Positions 29,376 through 40,600 of a DNA stretch of 64,000 bases are shown here, piece after piece. The translations under genes were made by a program, and so were the position numbers. This DNA is from Nitrospiraceae bacterium (GTDB taxonomy: Bacteria > Nitrospirota > Nitrospiria > Nitrospirales > Nitrospiraceae): the NCBI GenBank assembly GCA_050246315.1, contig JBFWWG010000005.1, positions 64,001-128,000 of the forward strand, in the 5' to 3' direction. Under the pieces are notes generated by a model. It made no database searches. It was not told the origin of the DNA and worked only from the letters and a program-made list of their open reading frames with translations. Position 1 is the stretch's first letter. The number at the start of each line of letters is the position of its first letter.

Positions 29376-30587
29376 CTAACGATCTCCCGCCAAGGGGCCG
29401 CTGACCAGGCGTCCCTGCAGCATGACTCCGGCCAGGCGTTTTCGATCCCGCAACAGGCCGATCCGCTTGAGCGGATTGCCTTCTACAAGAATCAAGTCGG
29501 CCTGTTTGCCCGGGTGAATCGTTCCAATCTGGTCATCGAGGTCGAGCAGGGCTGCGGCGTGTGCTGTCGCCGCGAGGATCGCTTCCATGGGACTCATGCC
29601 CAGAGCGACCATCCGTTCCAATTCCTGCGCATTGTCGCCATGAAAATTCATGGGTGTGCCGGCGTCGGTCCCCATCGCGATGCGCACACCCAACCGATAC
29701 GCTGTCTTGAAACTTTTCTCGTGACGGGCCGACAGGTCTTTGGCCTTCCGGACAGCCGACACCGGCACTCCGGCTCCCAGCGGACAGCCGGCGGTTGTCG
29801 CCAAGGCCGAGAGGGTCGGGACCATGAAGACCCCGTGCCGGATCAAGGCCGCCGCCGCTTCATCGTCCATGAGAGTGGCATGTTCGATGGATCGGACCCC
29901 CGCGGCCACAGCCTGCTTGATGCCGGCTGCCCCATGGGCATGGGCGGCCACTCGTTTCCCGGCGCGTTGCGCCTCCTGGACGGCGCTCCGGATTTCTTCA
30001 AGGCTGAACTGTGCCTGGTCGGGTGAGGTGCCGGGCGTCAACACGCCGCCGGAAGCGATGATTTTGATGAGGTCCGCTCCGGCGGCTACCTGTTCTCGTA
30101 CCGCACGGACGATCTCGATGGGGCCGTCTGCTTCACGACCGATGAAGCGGGCATGCCCGCCCGTCATGCAGATGGCCTGGCCTGCCGCCAAGACGCGAGG
30201 TCCTGGCACCAGACCAGCGGCGATTGCCTGCCGTAAGGCAAAAATGCCGTGACCGTTGTACCCGACGTCGCGAACTGTGGTGATGCCTGCGTCAATTGTC
30301 TGTTGAGCATAATGGGCGGCTTTGAAGAGTGTCATCCCGGGAGGATCGGCCTCGACGACCGCGACCACATCCGGTTCTCCGCCTAATCCGAGATGGACAT
30401 GGCAGTCGATTAGGCCGGGAAGCACGGTCATGCCGCGCACGTCCAATTCGACCGACCCGCGGGGCACCTTGGTCGTGCGACTCAGCCCCGCAGCGAGAAT
30501 CCGGTCGTCCTTAATCACGACGGTGGCTCGTTCCAGTACCGATCCCAGGCCGTCGATCAGGCGGACATGACGGAGCGCAACGATCAT
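29376..30587 (-). CDS. Metal-dependent amidohydrolase (Xaa-Pro dipeptidase-like)
   Basis: PGLIDCHVH, AAHAHG, IEHA, GTDAG. Confidence 0.88.
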   Translation of the reverse strand: MIVALRHVRLIDGLGSVLERATVVIKDDRILAAGLSRTTKVPRGSVELDVRGMTVLPGLIDCHVHLGLGGEPDVVAVVEADPPGMTLFKAAHYAQQTIDAGITTVRDVGYNGHGIFALRQAIAAGLVPGPRVLAAGQAICMTGGHARFIGREADGPIEIVRAVREQVAAGADLIKIIASGGVLTPGTSPDQAQFSLEEIRSAVQEAQRAGKRVAAHAHGAAGIKQAVAAGVRSIEHATLMDDEAAAALIRHGVFMVPTLSALATTAGCPLGAGVPVSAVRKAKDLSARHEKSFKTAYRLGVRIAMGTDAGTPMNFHGDNAQELERMVALGMSPMEAILAATAHAAALLDLDDQIGTIHPGKQADLILVEGNPLKRIGLLRDRKRLAGVMLQGRLVSGPLAGDR

Positions 30588-30591
30588 CCGG

Positions 30592-31182
30592 TCAATCCTC
30601 AAGCGGAATCGAGATAATGAGGCCGCCCATGACATCGTTGAGCTTGAAATCACGCCGGGGGCTGTTGGGGTGGGTGTTGTGACAACTCACACAGGACTGT
30701 GAGACCGCGCGGTCGGCGTAGACGGCCTTCAAGAATCGTCCTTTGGCGGTTCTGACATAGCCGGTGAAGGGGCGATCCGGATTTTTCGCGATCGTTTCCA
30801 ATCCCTTCCGCTCAAGGTCTGAATTGGGGCCGTTCCATACATAGATAGGCGTGAGGCTCGCCAGTCGATAGGACAGTTGCAGATCTTTCTGCGCGACCAG
30901 CCGCCCATTGTCCATCAAGAATTGGGCGGGGAGCGGAAGCCCCTTCTCCTGTTTCCAATGTTCGGTGGCGTGGATAATATCCTGGTCCTGCAACCGGTTG
31001 ACGATGCTTTCCGCATAATTGGTGCGAACCGCTTCAATGACAGCATGAAGATATTCCGCTGTGCGCTCGGGCGTGACCATTGTGGGCTGGGCCTGCGAGC
31101 TTCGCCAGAGGCCAAAGCCTGCCCAGGACCCGAGAAGACCGAGCAACAGGCCGGCCACAAACCAACGTAGCGTGATCCTCAT
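30592..31182 (-). CDS. DUF3365/Tll0287-like c-type heme protein
   Basis: Signal peptide; LPLPAQF; CVSCH heme motif. Confidence 0.8.
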   Translation of the reverse strand: MRITLRWFVAGLLLGLLGSWAGFGLWRSSQAQPTMVTPERTAEYLHAVIEAVRTNYAESIVNRLQDQDIIHATEHWKQEKGLPLPAQFLMDNGRLVAQKDLQLSYRLASLTPIYVWNGPNSDLERKGLETIAKNPDRPFTGYVRTAKGRFLKAVYADRAVSQSCVSCHNTHPNSPRRDFKLNDVMGGLIISIPLED

Positions 31183-32393
31183 GGGATGACTCCGTCAGCC
31201 ATCTCGGTTTTGGCGTAGATTGCAGCGGCTGCCGCGGGCGCTGCTTCCGGTCGCTCCGTCCAACGGCGTCGGGACAGGATCGCGCCCAGCGCGTTCAGAA
31301 GCATGAGCACGTTGCCGGCGGTTGCCGACTCGCCCATGAGGCCGATCCGCCAGACCCGTCCCTTCAGCACCCCTAGGCCTCCGCCGATCTCAATCCCGAA
31401 CCGATCCAACAACTCGGTACGCACTGCGGTCTCATCGATCTCAGGAGGGACAGACACACAGTTGAGCATGGGGAGTCTCACGTCAGGGGCCGGCAACGGC
31501 CTGATGGCGAGAGCCTCCAGCCCGGCCAGCAACGCACGGCTGTGAAGCTCATGTCGAGCCACCCGCGCGGGTAGGCCTTCCTCTAGGACCAGCCGCAACG
31601 ATTCCCTCAAGGCATAGATCATGGAGATGGGGGCCGTGTGGTGATAGAGGCGTTGCTGCTCCTCCCAATAGCCGGCGATCAACGAAAAATCGAGATACCA
31701 ACTCCGGCAGGCTGTGCGTCGTCGTCGAATAACAGACAGCGTGCGCTCGCTCAGCGTGACTGGCGAAAGGCCGGGCGGGCAACTCAAACATTTCTGCGTA
31801 CCGCTGTAACAGGCGTCGATCTGCCAGTTATCGACCTCCAGCGGTATGCCCGCCAATGACGTGACGGCATCGACGATAAAGAGCGCGCCGGCCTCGCGGC
31901 ACAGCCGGCCGATCGGTTCAAGATCCTGCCGGACGCCGGTGGAGGTTTCCGCGTGAACGACGGCAACCGCCTTGACTGGCGCGGAGCGACTCATCACCTC
32001 CCGAAGGACTTGAAGGTCGATCGGATGACCCCAGGGAGCTTCGATAAGCAAGGGCTTGCCGCCGCAGCGCTCGACCATGGTGACCAACCGCGTTCCGAAC
32101 AGCCCGTTTACACCGACGACAACGACATCACCCGGCTCGATCACATTCACCAAGACGGCTTCCATCCCAGCCGAGCCGGTACCGGATAGGGCGAACGTGT
32201 ACCGATTGTTTGTGTGGAAAACCCGTCGAAGCAGGACCTGTGTTTCGTCGAGCAGGGTCAAGAACGCAGGATCGAGATGGCCGATGATCGGCATGGACAG
32301 GGCACGAAGAACCCGTGGATGGACCAGGCTTGGCCCGGGGCCGAGCAGGACGCGCGGCGGAGGAATGAGGTTCCCGATGGATGTGGATGCCAT
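31179..32393 (-). CDS. Alanine-glyoxylate / serine-pyruvate aminotransferase (class V PLP)
   Basis: LLGPGPS, VHAETSTG, DAVTS, SGTQKCL. Confidence 0.92.
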   Translation of the reverse strand: MASTSIGNLIPPPRVLLGPGPSLVHPRVLRALSMPIIGHLDPAFLTLLDETQVLLRRVFHTNNRYTFALSGTGSAGMEAVLVNVIEPGDVVVVGVNGLFGTRLVTMVERCGGKPLLIEAPWGHPIDLQVLREVMSRSAPVKAVAVVHAETSTGVRQDLEPIGRLCREAGALFIVDAVTSLAGIPLEVDNWQIDACYSGTQKCLSCPPGLSPVTLSERTLSVIRRRRTACRSWYLDFSLIAGYWEEQQRLYHHTAPISMIYALRESLRLVLEEGLPARVARHELHSRALLAGLEALAIRPLPAPDVRLPMLNCVSVPPEIDETAVRTELLDRFGIEIGGGLGVLKGRVWRIGLMGESATAGNVLMLLNALGAILSRRRWTERPEAAPAAAAAIYAKTEMADGVIP

Positions 32394-32565
32394 GCCGTTC
32401 AGCCTTTGGAGTGGGATGCTGGGTGTGATGTGTCCTTCCGGGCCCAGGACAAATGCCTCTGCGAATAAGGGGGCGTAGTATAACGAAGACGAGGCTGCGC
32501 GTCACGGGTGGGCTACAGCTATGATTTTCGAAGAGAAAGCCACATGTTATACTGACTAGGCGCTT

Positions 32566-34089
32566 ATGACCTTCGACCCTCCCGCGACGGCTGCTTCGAT
32601 TCAACCGGAGCTTGATTCCTCTCAGAAGGAGTCGGAGGCTTGCGTGACGGGGCGTCACGTTGCGCCCGGCTCCTGGCAGTACCAACCTCGCTTCTCCTGG
32701 ATTGTTACAACGCTCGCAGCCCTGGTGCTGGTTGCCAGCGTCGGCACCGTTGCCTACATCGCGTTGACCATGGACGGCTTGGAGCGTGTGCCGTGGCCGG
32801 AACGAGCGCTGAGCCACATGGTCGGCCGAACGATGGATTTGGAGGAGGCCACCAGGCGGACGTGGGAATGGGAACAGATGCTGAACCGTTGGCTGACCGG
32901 GAGCGAGCAGACGGCTCATTTGGAGGCCATTCAATGGTATCGCGAGTTGGCCGCCGTCTCGGACGATCCGCTCGTCAGTTTCCAGCTTGCAGTTCTTGAA
33001 GCGGAATTCGGAGAGCTCTCGAAAATCAAAGACAGGACCGTCCAATGGGCTCAACAGTCCGATCCCTATCGGTGGTTCGGCAAAGCCCTCGCCGTGGCCT
33101 ATTTGAAGGAGCCGGCTGATCATGAAGCAGTCATGGAGCTTCAGGCCGAGGTGGCCGACTTGTTGCCGGCCGGATGGTTCTACGATCGGCTGGCGTCTCG
33201 GCTGGCAGAACAGGCAGGAGATCCCATGCTTCCGAGGTCGCTGGAGCAGGCGGCGGCCGATCGATCTAACGAGTTGTTTGTCTGGTCGCGATGGCTGACA
33301 GCCATTGAGCTGGCAGCCATGGTCGGGGGGGCAGTAGTGCTCATCATGGTCTGGAGGCGGAGGAACACGGAACCACACTGGCTCCGCTACGGGCACTCGA
33401 CCTTGCCGCCTCCTTGGCCCGGCAGCTTTGGCGCGCACGTGCTCCTGCGGGGAGGGGCGATTGGCGCCGTCCTGATGTTGAGCTTTATCTTTCTCAGCGC
33501 CGAACATGCGGCCTTGCGGATGATTGCCGTTCCGCTCACAAACCTGCCGCTGTTGATGCTGGCGCAACGACATCTCTTGCAACCGGCCGGGTTGACGTTC
33601 AACGAGGGGTTCGGGTTGAGACCCCTACCGGGTCGAGCGTCACGACTCTCGTTGGCGGTTCCGGCGATCGTCGCAGCCGGACTGTTCGGCGAATGGATCT
33701 TGGGACGGATCGCAGAGCCGCTGAACCTGTCCAGCCATTGGACCGAATGGTTCGACGCCGACCTCGTGTGGGCTCCTGCGCCGATCTTGTCGCTCAGCTT
33801 GCTGGAGTATGTCGTGTTTGCCCCCGTCTTCGAAGAGATTGCCTTTCGCGGTCTGCTGTTCGGGCTGTTGCGTCGACGGTTCCCTCTAGCGCCGGCCGCT
33901 ATCCTCAGTGCCGGGATCTTCGCTCTCGCGCATGGGTACGGCATCCTCGGGTTTGCCAGCGTGTTTTGGAGCGGGCTCGTCTGGGCTTGGGCCTATGAAA
34001 AGACCGGGTCGCTCGTGCCGGGCATGGTCGCCCATGGCATCAATAATCTCCTGGTCTGTCTTGCGGTGATCGCGCTGCTCCGGTCGTAG
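32566..34089 (+). CDS. CPBP (CAAX/Abi) intramembrane metalloprotease
   Basis: FEEIAFRG, FALAH, HGINN. Confidence 0.88.
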   Translation: MTFDPPATAASIQPELDSSQKESEACVTGRHVAPGSWQYQPRFSWIVTTLAALVLVASVGTVAYIALTMDGLERVPWPERALSHMVGRTMDLEEATRRTWEWEQMLNRWLTGSEQTAHLEAIQWYRELAAVSDDPLVSFQLAVLEAEFGELSKIKDRTVQWAQQSDPYRWFGKALAVAYLKEPADHEAVMELQAEVADLLPAGWFYDRLASRLAEQAGDPMLPRSLEQAAADRSNELFVWSRWLTAIELAAMVGGAVVLIMVWRRRNTEPHWLRYGHSTLPPPWPGSFGAHVLLRGGAIGAVLMLSFIFLSAEHAALRMIAVPLTNLPLLMLAQRHLLQPAGLTFNEGFGLRPLPGRASRLSLAVPAIVAAGLFGEWILGRIAEPLNLSSHWTEWFDADLVWAPAPILSLSLLEYVVFAPVFEEIAFRGLLFGLLRRRFPLAPAAILSAGIFALAHGYGILGFASVFWSGLVWAWAYEKTGSLVPGMVAHGINNLLVCLAVIALLRS

Positions 34090-34422
34090 GACCTCTCCAA
34101 CAGTGATCTTTCTGCTGTGGCGAACGATCTGCGGCCATCTGCGTCGTTCTCGGGCGGCAAGAATACTCAACGTATTCCAATGGGAAGAGGTGTGTCTCGG
34201 CGTACCTGGGGTTGGGCGGATGAGCTGGTTACGCTTCCGGTTTGTCCGGGCCTGCGGCCTCGCAACTGACCGGGTACCCATTGCCTGGCGCCGTGCAATG
34301 GGTGAAACCTTCGCCTCGTCACGAACTGCAATGTCGGACTGGCTCCTAGCCCGCTCCTCATCAATGTGCAATGCCGCACCATGCACACCGTGCGAAAAGT
34401 GATCACGCTGCTCCGGTCGTAG
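34066..34422 (+). repeat. 24-bp direct repeat duplicating the CPBP gene 3' end (34066-34089 and 34399-34422)
   Basis: gtgatc(g/a)cgctgctccggtcgtag, 23/24 identical. Confidence 0.85.
34087..34349. mobile_element. MITE-like element, family A, degenerate longer copy
   Basis: Shares ggcgaacgatctgc, tctgcgtcgttctc, ctcaacgtatt, gcctgcggcct, ccttcgcctcgtcacgaa and the ggctcctag end with 47106-47292. Confidence 0.75.
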
Positions 34423-34668
34423 CCCACTCCCCATCCACACGCTTCGTTCATCGACCGGCACACAGATGAATGCACCTAGGCGTATCCGTGTGGATATTGA
34501 TGCTCTGCGGTCTGATGCAGACCGGCCTGGCCGATTGAGTACTTACGTCGCGCACAAGGAGATCCTGGCCCATCAGACCAAGACCTAGCCCGTCTCGGCA
34601 TCGCGCTTGCCTTGAGAGAAGACCTTGGGCCAACTCCCCACCCTTCCAGGCACAATATGGAGGCTGCC

Positions 34669-36165
34669 ATGGTGCACCGGAGTCCTCGAATGATAGCCGG
34701 TTTCAGTGGATTGGTTCTCGGCGCATGGCTTGCCGCCTGCAGCGGAGACAATGGCGGAGTCCCTCCGGAGACGACCGGAGGCGGAGGAGAAACGACCCCG
34801 GCCACCAGACTGGTCTACCTGGCGGATCAGGAGATCGATGGAGTCTACGAAATCTATGAGGCCGGCTCCGGCATCAAGCTGAATCCCTCTCTGTCGGCCG
34901 GGCGCCAGGTCTTCGATGATTACCAGATCCTGCCCGATCGCTCCGGTGTGGTGTATCGGGCAGTTCAGGATAACGACAATCTCACGAATCTGTATCTAGC
35001 GAAATTCGACGAGCCCGGCGTCAGCATCAAGCTGAATCCATCGCTGACCGGGGCGCAGGACGTAATAGGGTTTAGTTTCGTCCCCGACGGTTCAGGAGTG
35101 GTGTACCGCGCGGATCAGCAGACGGATGACGTCTTTGAGTTGTATTGGGTCAGGTTTTCCAACCCTGGCACGAGTACCAAGCTGAATGGACCGTTGGTCG
35201 CCGGGGGGGATGTCTCGATGTTCGTGGCCCTTCCAGACAGTACAGGCGTGGTCTATGTGGCCGACCAAAACATTGACCAGAAGGATGAACTCTTCCTCGT
35301 GTCGTTCACGGCGCAACCTACGAGCCAGAAACTCAATTCACCGCTGGCAGACGATAAGGGCGTGTACGGCCCACAGGTCCTTCCAGACAGCAGGGGGGTG
35401 GTCTACCTTGCCAAGGAGACGAGTCTCTCGTCGTATGAGTTGTACCGCGTGCTGTTCAACGCGCCCGGGAGCAGTACGAAGCTCAACGGGCGCTTTGCTT
35501 CATCGTCCTATGACTATGTGTTGGCGCCCGCCGTCACACCGGACGGGTCTGGCGTCGTATTTCTGGGACCGGGAGATCCCGGTCTCGGCCACGAAATCTA
35601 CCGTGTGACGTTCGCGAAGCCCGGAGTCAACGTCAAATTGAATAGCCCGTTGGCTGCGGGACTTACTGCCGTCATCAGCTTTGAGCTGCTCCCCGATAGC
35701 ACAGGGCTCATCTATTTTACAAATCAAGACATGGGTGATGGGATTGATCTCTATCGGGCAAATTTTGCGACTCCCGGTACCTCCGTCAAGGTTAGCGGCT
35801 CTCCCTTTGATCCGGATAGGGTGGTCAGACCCCGGTTCACGGTGACGCCGGACTCGCAAAGCGTGGTCTACGTGGTCGTGACCAGTTTTCCTCGAACAGA
35901 ACTCTGGTACGTCGACCTCGAAATGCCAGGTCTAGCCACTCTGCTGAAGGGCCCGCCGCTCACCTTTTTCTATGACCAGTTAGGGCCTGTCTTGAGTGTT
36001 AGGATGGAGGTGACACCGGACAGCAAAGGGCTTCTCTATGTAGGGTCTGAAACCGCCGGCGTGGATGAATTGTTCCAAGTCAATTTTGCCACACCCGCCA
36101 CCGCGGTGAAGCAGAACGGCGCGTTGGTGACTAATGGGAATGTGAAGAACTTTGCCGTTCGCTAG
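34669..36165 (+). CDS. Repeat-rich beta-propeller lipoprotein
   Basis: Lipobox LAAC; about nine ~50-aa repeats KLN.PL....V.PD..GVVY.ADQ..D...ELY. Confidence 0.78.
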   Translation: MVHRSPRMIAGFSGLVLGAWLAACSGDNGGVPPETTGGGGETTPATRLVYLADQEIDGVYEIYEAGSGIKLNPSLSAGRQVFDDYQILPDRSGVVYRAVQDNDNLTNLYLAKFDEPGVSIKLNPSLTGAQDVIGFSFVPDGSGVVYRADQQTDDVFELYWVRFSNPGTSTKLNGPLVAGGDVSMFVALPDSTGVVYVADQNIDQKDELFLVSFTAQPTSQKLNSPLADDKGVYGPQVLPDSRGVVYLAKETSLSSYELYRVLFNAPGSSTKLNGRFASSSYDYVLAPAVTPDGSGVVFLGPGDPGLGHEIYRVTFAKPGVNVKLNSPLAAGLTAVISFELLPDSTGLIYFTNQDMGDGIDLYRANFATPGTSVKVSGSPFDPDRVVRPRFTVTPDSQSVVYVVVTSFPRTELWYVDLEMPGLATLLKGPPLTFFYDQLGPVLSVRMEVTPDSKGLLYVGSETAGVDELFQVNFATPATAVKQNGALVTNGNVKNFAVR

Positions 36166-37021
36166 TGTCAGCCGGGTCTCTTGACAGGGAATACGGCTGA
36201 TCAGGCTGGTTTCGAGGGGCAGTAAGCTGGGCCAATGCCGCGAAGAAGTCGGGATGCCGGAACCGGTATCCGATCTGATCGCGTAGTTTTCTGATCGCAA
36301 TGCACTTGCCGGGGCGTTGATCCAATGGCGTCCTGTGAGCCGTCACACCCCAACATTCGATCGCCGCTCGACAGATGTCCTCCCAAGTCCGCGGGATTCC
36401 GTCGCTGACGTTGTAGACCTCGCCGGGGATCCCCCGCTCCAGCGCCGCCAGACAGATGGCGGCGAGATCCTCTACATGAATCAGGTTCACATACTTGCGT
36501 GAGAGACCGACCTTGCCACTGCTGATCCAGTTCAGCGGGTTGCGTCCCGGACCGTAAATCCCTGCCACGCGCAACAGGATCGCGCCACAGTTCTGTCGTA
36601 AGAATTCTTCGCCCTGTACGCGCGGGCTGCTCATATCGATGGGAGCAGTTTCGTCCATCCAGGGGGGCGGATAGTCGGTCGATGTGCGAGCGACGTCGTA
36701 GGCAGAGGTGCTGCCTAGCACGACCAATCTTCGAACTCGCGGTCTCAGGTATTCGGCGAACCGTTGAACCGATTCAATCGGTTGGGCGGGAAAGCACCAG
36801 ACGATATCGGCGCGGTCAGGCAAATTGGACCATTGCGCTGGGTTATCCAAGGCAAAGGGAAGACGAAAACGATCAGGAACAAACTCAAGATTTGCCAAGG
36901 GGTTGCGGCTCGTGGCGAGTAGGGAATGGCCTCTCTGCGACAGCAGCGCGTATAGATGCCGACCGGTATATCCGGCCCCGAGGATCACAATCGGTAAATG
37001 AGACGTCACTTCCTGCGCCAT
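36131..37021 (-). CDS. NAD-dependent epimerase / atypical SDR
   Basis: GAGYTG, LRVAGIYGPGR, IHVEDLA, YNVSD. Confidence 0.82.
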   Translation of the reverse strand: MAQEVTSHLPIVILGAGYTGRHLYALLSQRGHSLLATSRNPLANLEFVPDRFRLPFALDNPAQWSNLPDRADIVWCFPAQPIESVQRFAEYLRPRVRRLVVLGSTSAYDVARTSTDYPPPWMDETAPIDMSSPRVQGEEFLRQNCGAILLRVAGIYGPGRNPLNWISSGKVGLSRKYVNLIHVEDLAAICLAALERGIPGEVYNVSDGIPRTWEDICRAAIECWGVTAHRTPLDQRPGKCIAIRKLRDQIGYRFRHPDFFAALAQLTAPRNQPDQPYSLSRDPADTSERQSSSHSH

Positions 37022-37267
37022 GAAATCGAGCCAGTGTATTCCAGCGACGCCCCGGCCGCCAAGAACCATGTTGCAGAAAGAAAATTCTCCATGTTAGGGT
37101 ATCTCCTCAACCCAGTCCAAGATGAGCAGATCTTCGAGGGGAGACCGGTAGCGATGACCGCCCCTCTTCCATAGCTCATTCCTCTGCAGCGCGCCTATCG
37201 AGAGGCACGGGTACCCTCACACTCCGCGAGAGCCAGCACACGAGGCCGATCGCCGTAAAGGTCATGT

Positions 37268-37516
37268 ATGGCATTGCACCAACACACCTTGCCTCAAGAC
37301 GAACTGTCAGGCCGCTCCGACGATGCGCCATGGTCGCTCGACGATCGAACTCAGCAACTGGAGCAGATGCTGGATGTCCACTGTCCAAAATGTGGGGGCG
37401 CTTGTGCGAGGAGCCGCCGCCGCGGCCTGCGCGATTGGCTACTGCGGTTCATGGCGCTTCATCCATGGCGTTGTCAGACATGCCGTGTTCGGTTCTACAT
37501 CCGGCGCCGCCGATAA
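37268..37516 (+). CDS. Small zinc-ribbon protein
   Basis: CPKC...WRCQTC. Confidence 0.55.
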   Translation: MALHQHTLPQDELSGRSDDAPWSLDDRTQQLEQMLDVHCPKCGGACARSRRRGLRDWLLRFMALHPWRCQTCRVRFYIRRRR

Positions 37517-37652
37517 GAGTAGGGCTGCCCCATTCACGCCAGCCACCTCGCGCGTATCCCGTGTCAACCATGGAGCTCAAGGTTCCTTGTCCGCATCGCT
37601 GCCGTGCTCTCGGTGTCCATCGGTTCCTTCCGCGTGGTAGGATTTTCCGCTC

Positions 37653-40600
37653 ATGCCGCTCTCTTCCTTTCATCCCATTATCTCAGAGTGGTTTCGGATG
37701 CGATTCGGCGCGCCGACCGATGTCCAGGAGCTGGCTTGGCCGGCGATTCGATCCGGCTCCGATACACTGATCGCCGCACCGACCGGGTCCGGTAAGACGC
37801 TGGCGGCCTTTCTCACCTGCATCGACAGCCTCTTCACACAGGCCCTGGATCGTGAACTGGAGGACCGCACCCAAGTTCTCTACGTGTCTCCCTTGAAGGC
37901 TCTCAGTAACGACGTCCAGAAGAATCTCCAGCAACCGTTGAACGAGATCGGCCAGGCGGCCCTGACGCAGGGATTGTTGCTGCCGGAGCTGCGCGTGCTC
38001 GTCCGGACCGGCGACACCCCGATGGCCGAGCGGCAGCGAATGCTGCGCCGCCCGCCTCATATTCTGATTACAACTCCGGAGTCGCTGTTCATCCTGCTCA
38101 CGGCGGAAAAGAGCCGGGCGCTGCTACGTACGGTGCGCACCGTGATCGTCGATGAGATCCATGCGGTCGCGGCGACGAAGCGCGGCGCGCATGTGGCCCT
38201 TTCACTGGAACGGCTCGAGGTCTTGACAGACATGAAGCCGGTGCGAATCGGCCTCTCGGCCACGCAGCGGCCGATCGAGACGGTGGCGCGGTTCCTCGTT
38301 GGCGATCGCCCGTGCCCGCGAATTGTCGATGTCGGACATCGCCGTACGATGGATCTCGCGGTGGAGGTGCCGAAGGATGAACTCAGCGCCGTGGCCACCA
38401 ATGCCATCTGGGGCGACATCTATGACCGGATAGCCGACCTGGTCCGGGCGCACCGGTCCACCCTGGTGTTCGTGAACACGCGCCGCCTGGCAGAGCGCGT
38501 CGCGCATCATCTGGAGGAACGGCTTCAGGATCTGGGCGCCGATGCCGTGGCTGCACACCACGGGAGCCTCTCCCGGCAGATTCGCCTGTCGGCGGAGGAG
38601 CGGCTTAAGTCGGGTCGGACCCGCGTGGTGGTGGCCACGGCCTCGTTGGAATTGGGCATTGATGTCGGGACGGTGGACCTCGTCTGTCAGATCGGCTCGC
38701 CGAGAGCCATCGCGACCTGCTTGCAGCGGGTCGGGCGTGCGGGCCATTGGGTTAAGGCCATCCCGAAGGGCCGTCTCTTCGCCGCAACGCGGGACGAGTT
38801 GATCGAATGCGCCGCCTTGATCCGTGCGATTCGAAGCGGCTTGCTCGATCGGATTGCAGTCCCTCCGGCCCCGCTCGATATTCTCGCCCAGCAACTCGTG
38901 GCCGCAGCTGCCACGCAGGCCTGGAGCGAAGATGATCTCTATGCCTTGAGCCGCCGGGCCTACCCCTATCGCGAGTTGGATCGGGCGAGGTTCGATGAAG
39001 TCTTGCGGATGCTGGCGGAAGGGATCGCGACCTCGCGCGGACGGGGGCAGGCCTACCTTCACCATGATCGCATCAACCGTCGCGTGCGAGGCCGACGCGG
39101 AGCGAGGCTGGCGGCCATCACCTCTGGCGGAGCCATTCCCGACAACGCCAACTATGTGGTGGTGGCGGAGCCGGAAGGCACGGTCGTCGGGTCTGTCGAT
39201 GAAGATTTCGCGGTCGAGAGTCTGGTGGGCGACATCATGCTGTTGGGTAATACCTCTTGGCGGATCAAAGGGATCGAAATGGGAAAGGTCCGTGTCGAAG
39301 ACGCCCAGGGTGCGCCGCCCAATATTCCGTTCTGGCGGGGAGAAGCGCCTGCCCGCACGGCTGAACTCTCAGCGGAGGTGGCTTGGGTGCGAAGGGAGAT
39401 CGACCGGTTGGTCGATCCACAGAGCGGGGAATCAGCCTTGCGTTGGCTCAAGGAGGAATGTGGTTTACCGGAACGAGGAGCCCAACAGGCGGTGGAGTAT
39501 GTCTTGGCTGGAAAGGCCGTCCTTGGGACGGTGCCGACGCAGGAGACCGTCGTCGCTGAGCGGTTCTTCGATGAGAGTGGAGGGATGCAGTTGGTCATCC
39601 ATGCTCCCTTCGGAGGAAGGGTCAACAAGGCCTGGGGGCTCGCGCTCAGAAAGCGGTTCTGCGTAACCTTCGATTTCGAATTGCAGGCGGCCGCGACCGA
39701 TGAAGGTCTGGTGATCTCCCTCGGCGAAAAGCACAGTTTTCCGCTGGAGACGGTGTTCAGCTTTCTCCAGGCCACGACTGTCCGCGACGTGCTGGTCCAG
39801 GCGGTGCTGGCTGCGCCGATGTTCACGACACGGTGGCGCTGGAATGTCTCGCGCGCGCTGGCGCTGCTGCGGTTTGCCAAGGGTAAGAAAGTGCCGCCGC
39901 AGATACAACGGATGAAGGCAGAGGACCTTCTGGCGGCGGTCTTCCCAGACGCCATCGCCTGTCAGGAGAATTTGCGCGGCGATGGGATTGGCGGCGTCGA
40001 ACGGCGGATTCCCGACCATCCGCTGGTGGAGGAAACGTTGCGTGATTGCCTGACCGAAGCGATGGACGTGGAGGGGCTGATCACATTGTTGCGCCGGCTG
40101 GAAGAGGGGACGATTCGTGCCGTGGCAGTGGAGACCCCCATGCCCTCCCCCTTCAGCCATGAGATCCTCAACGCCAACCCCTATGCGTACCTGGACGACG
40201 CCCCGTTGGAGGAGCGTCGGGCTCGCGCCGTGGACATGCGGCGCACGCTGCCCCCTGAACTGGCGGGGCAGTTCGGAGCCTTGGACCAGGCCGCCATTGC
40301 CGAAGTCGCCCAGGAGTCCTGGCCGGTCGTACGGAATGCCGACGAGCTGCACGATGCCTTGCTCACGCTCGTGTGGGTGCCGCAAGCGGAAGCGCCAAAT
40401 TGGGAAGCCTATCTGTCGGAGCTGGTGACGGCGCAGCGAGCCTGCGTGCTCAATGTGCCGCAGGAAGAAGCGGCTGGTGATGGTCATCCCGATCAAATCA
40501 CACCTCGGATTTCTGGAACCCCTGTCAACCTCACCGGCTGGGTGGCCACGGAACAGGTCCCGCTGGCTCTTGCCCTCTTTCCTTCTGTATCGCTTGAGGA

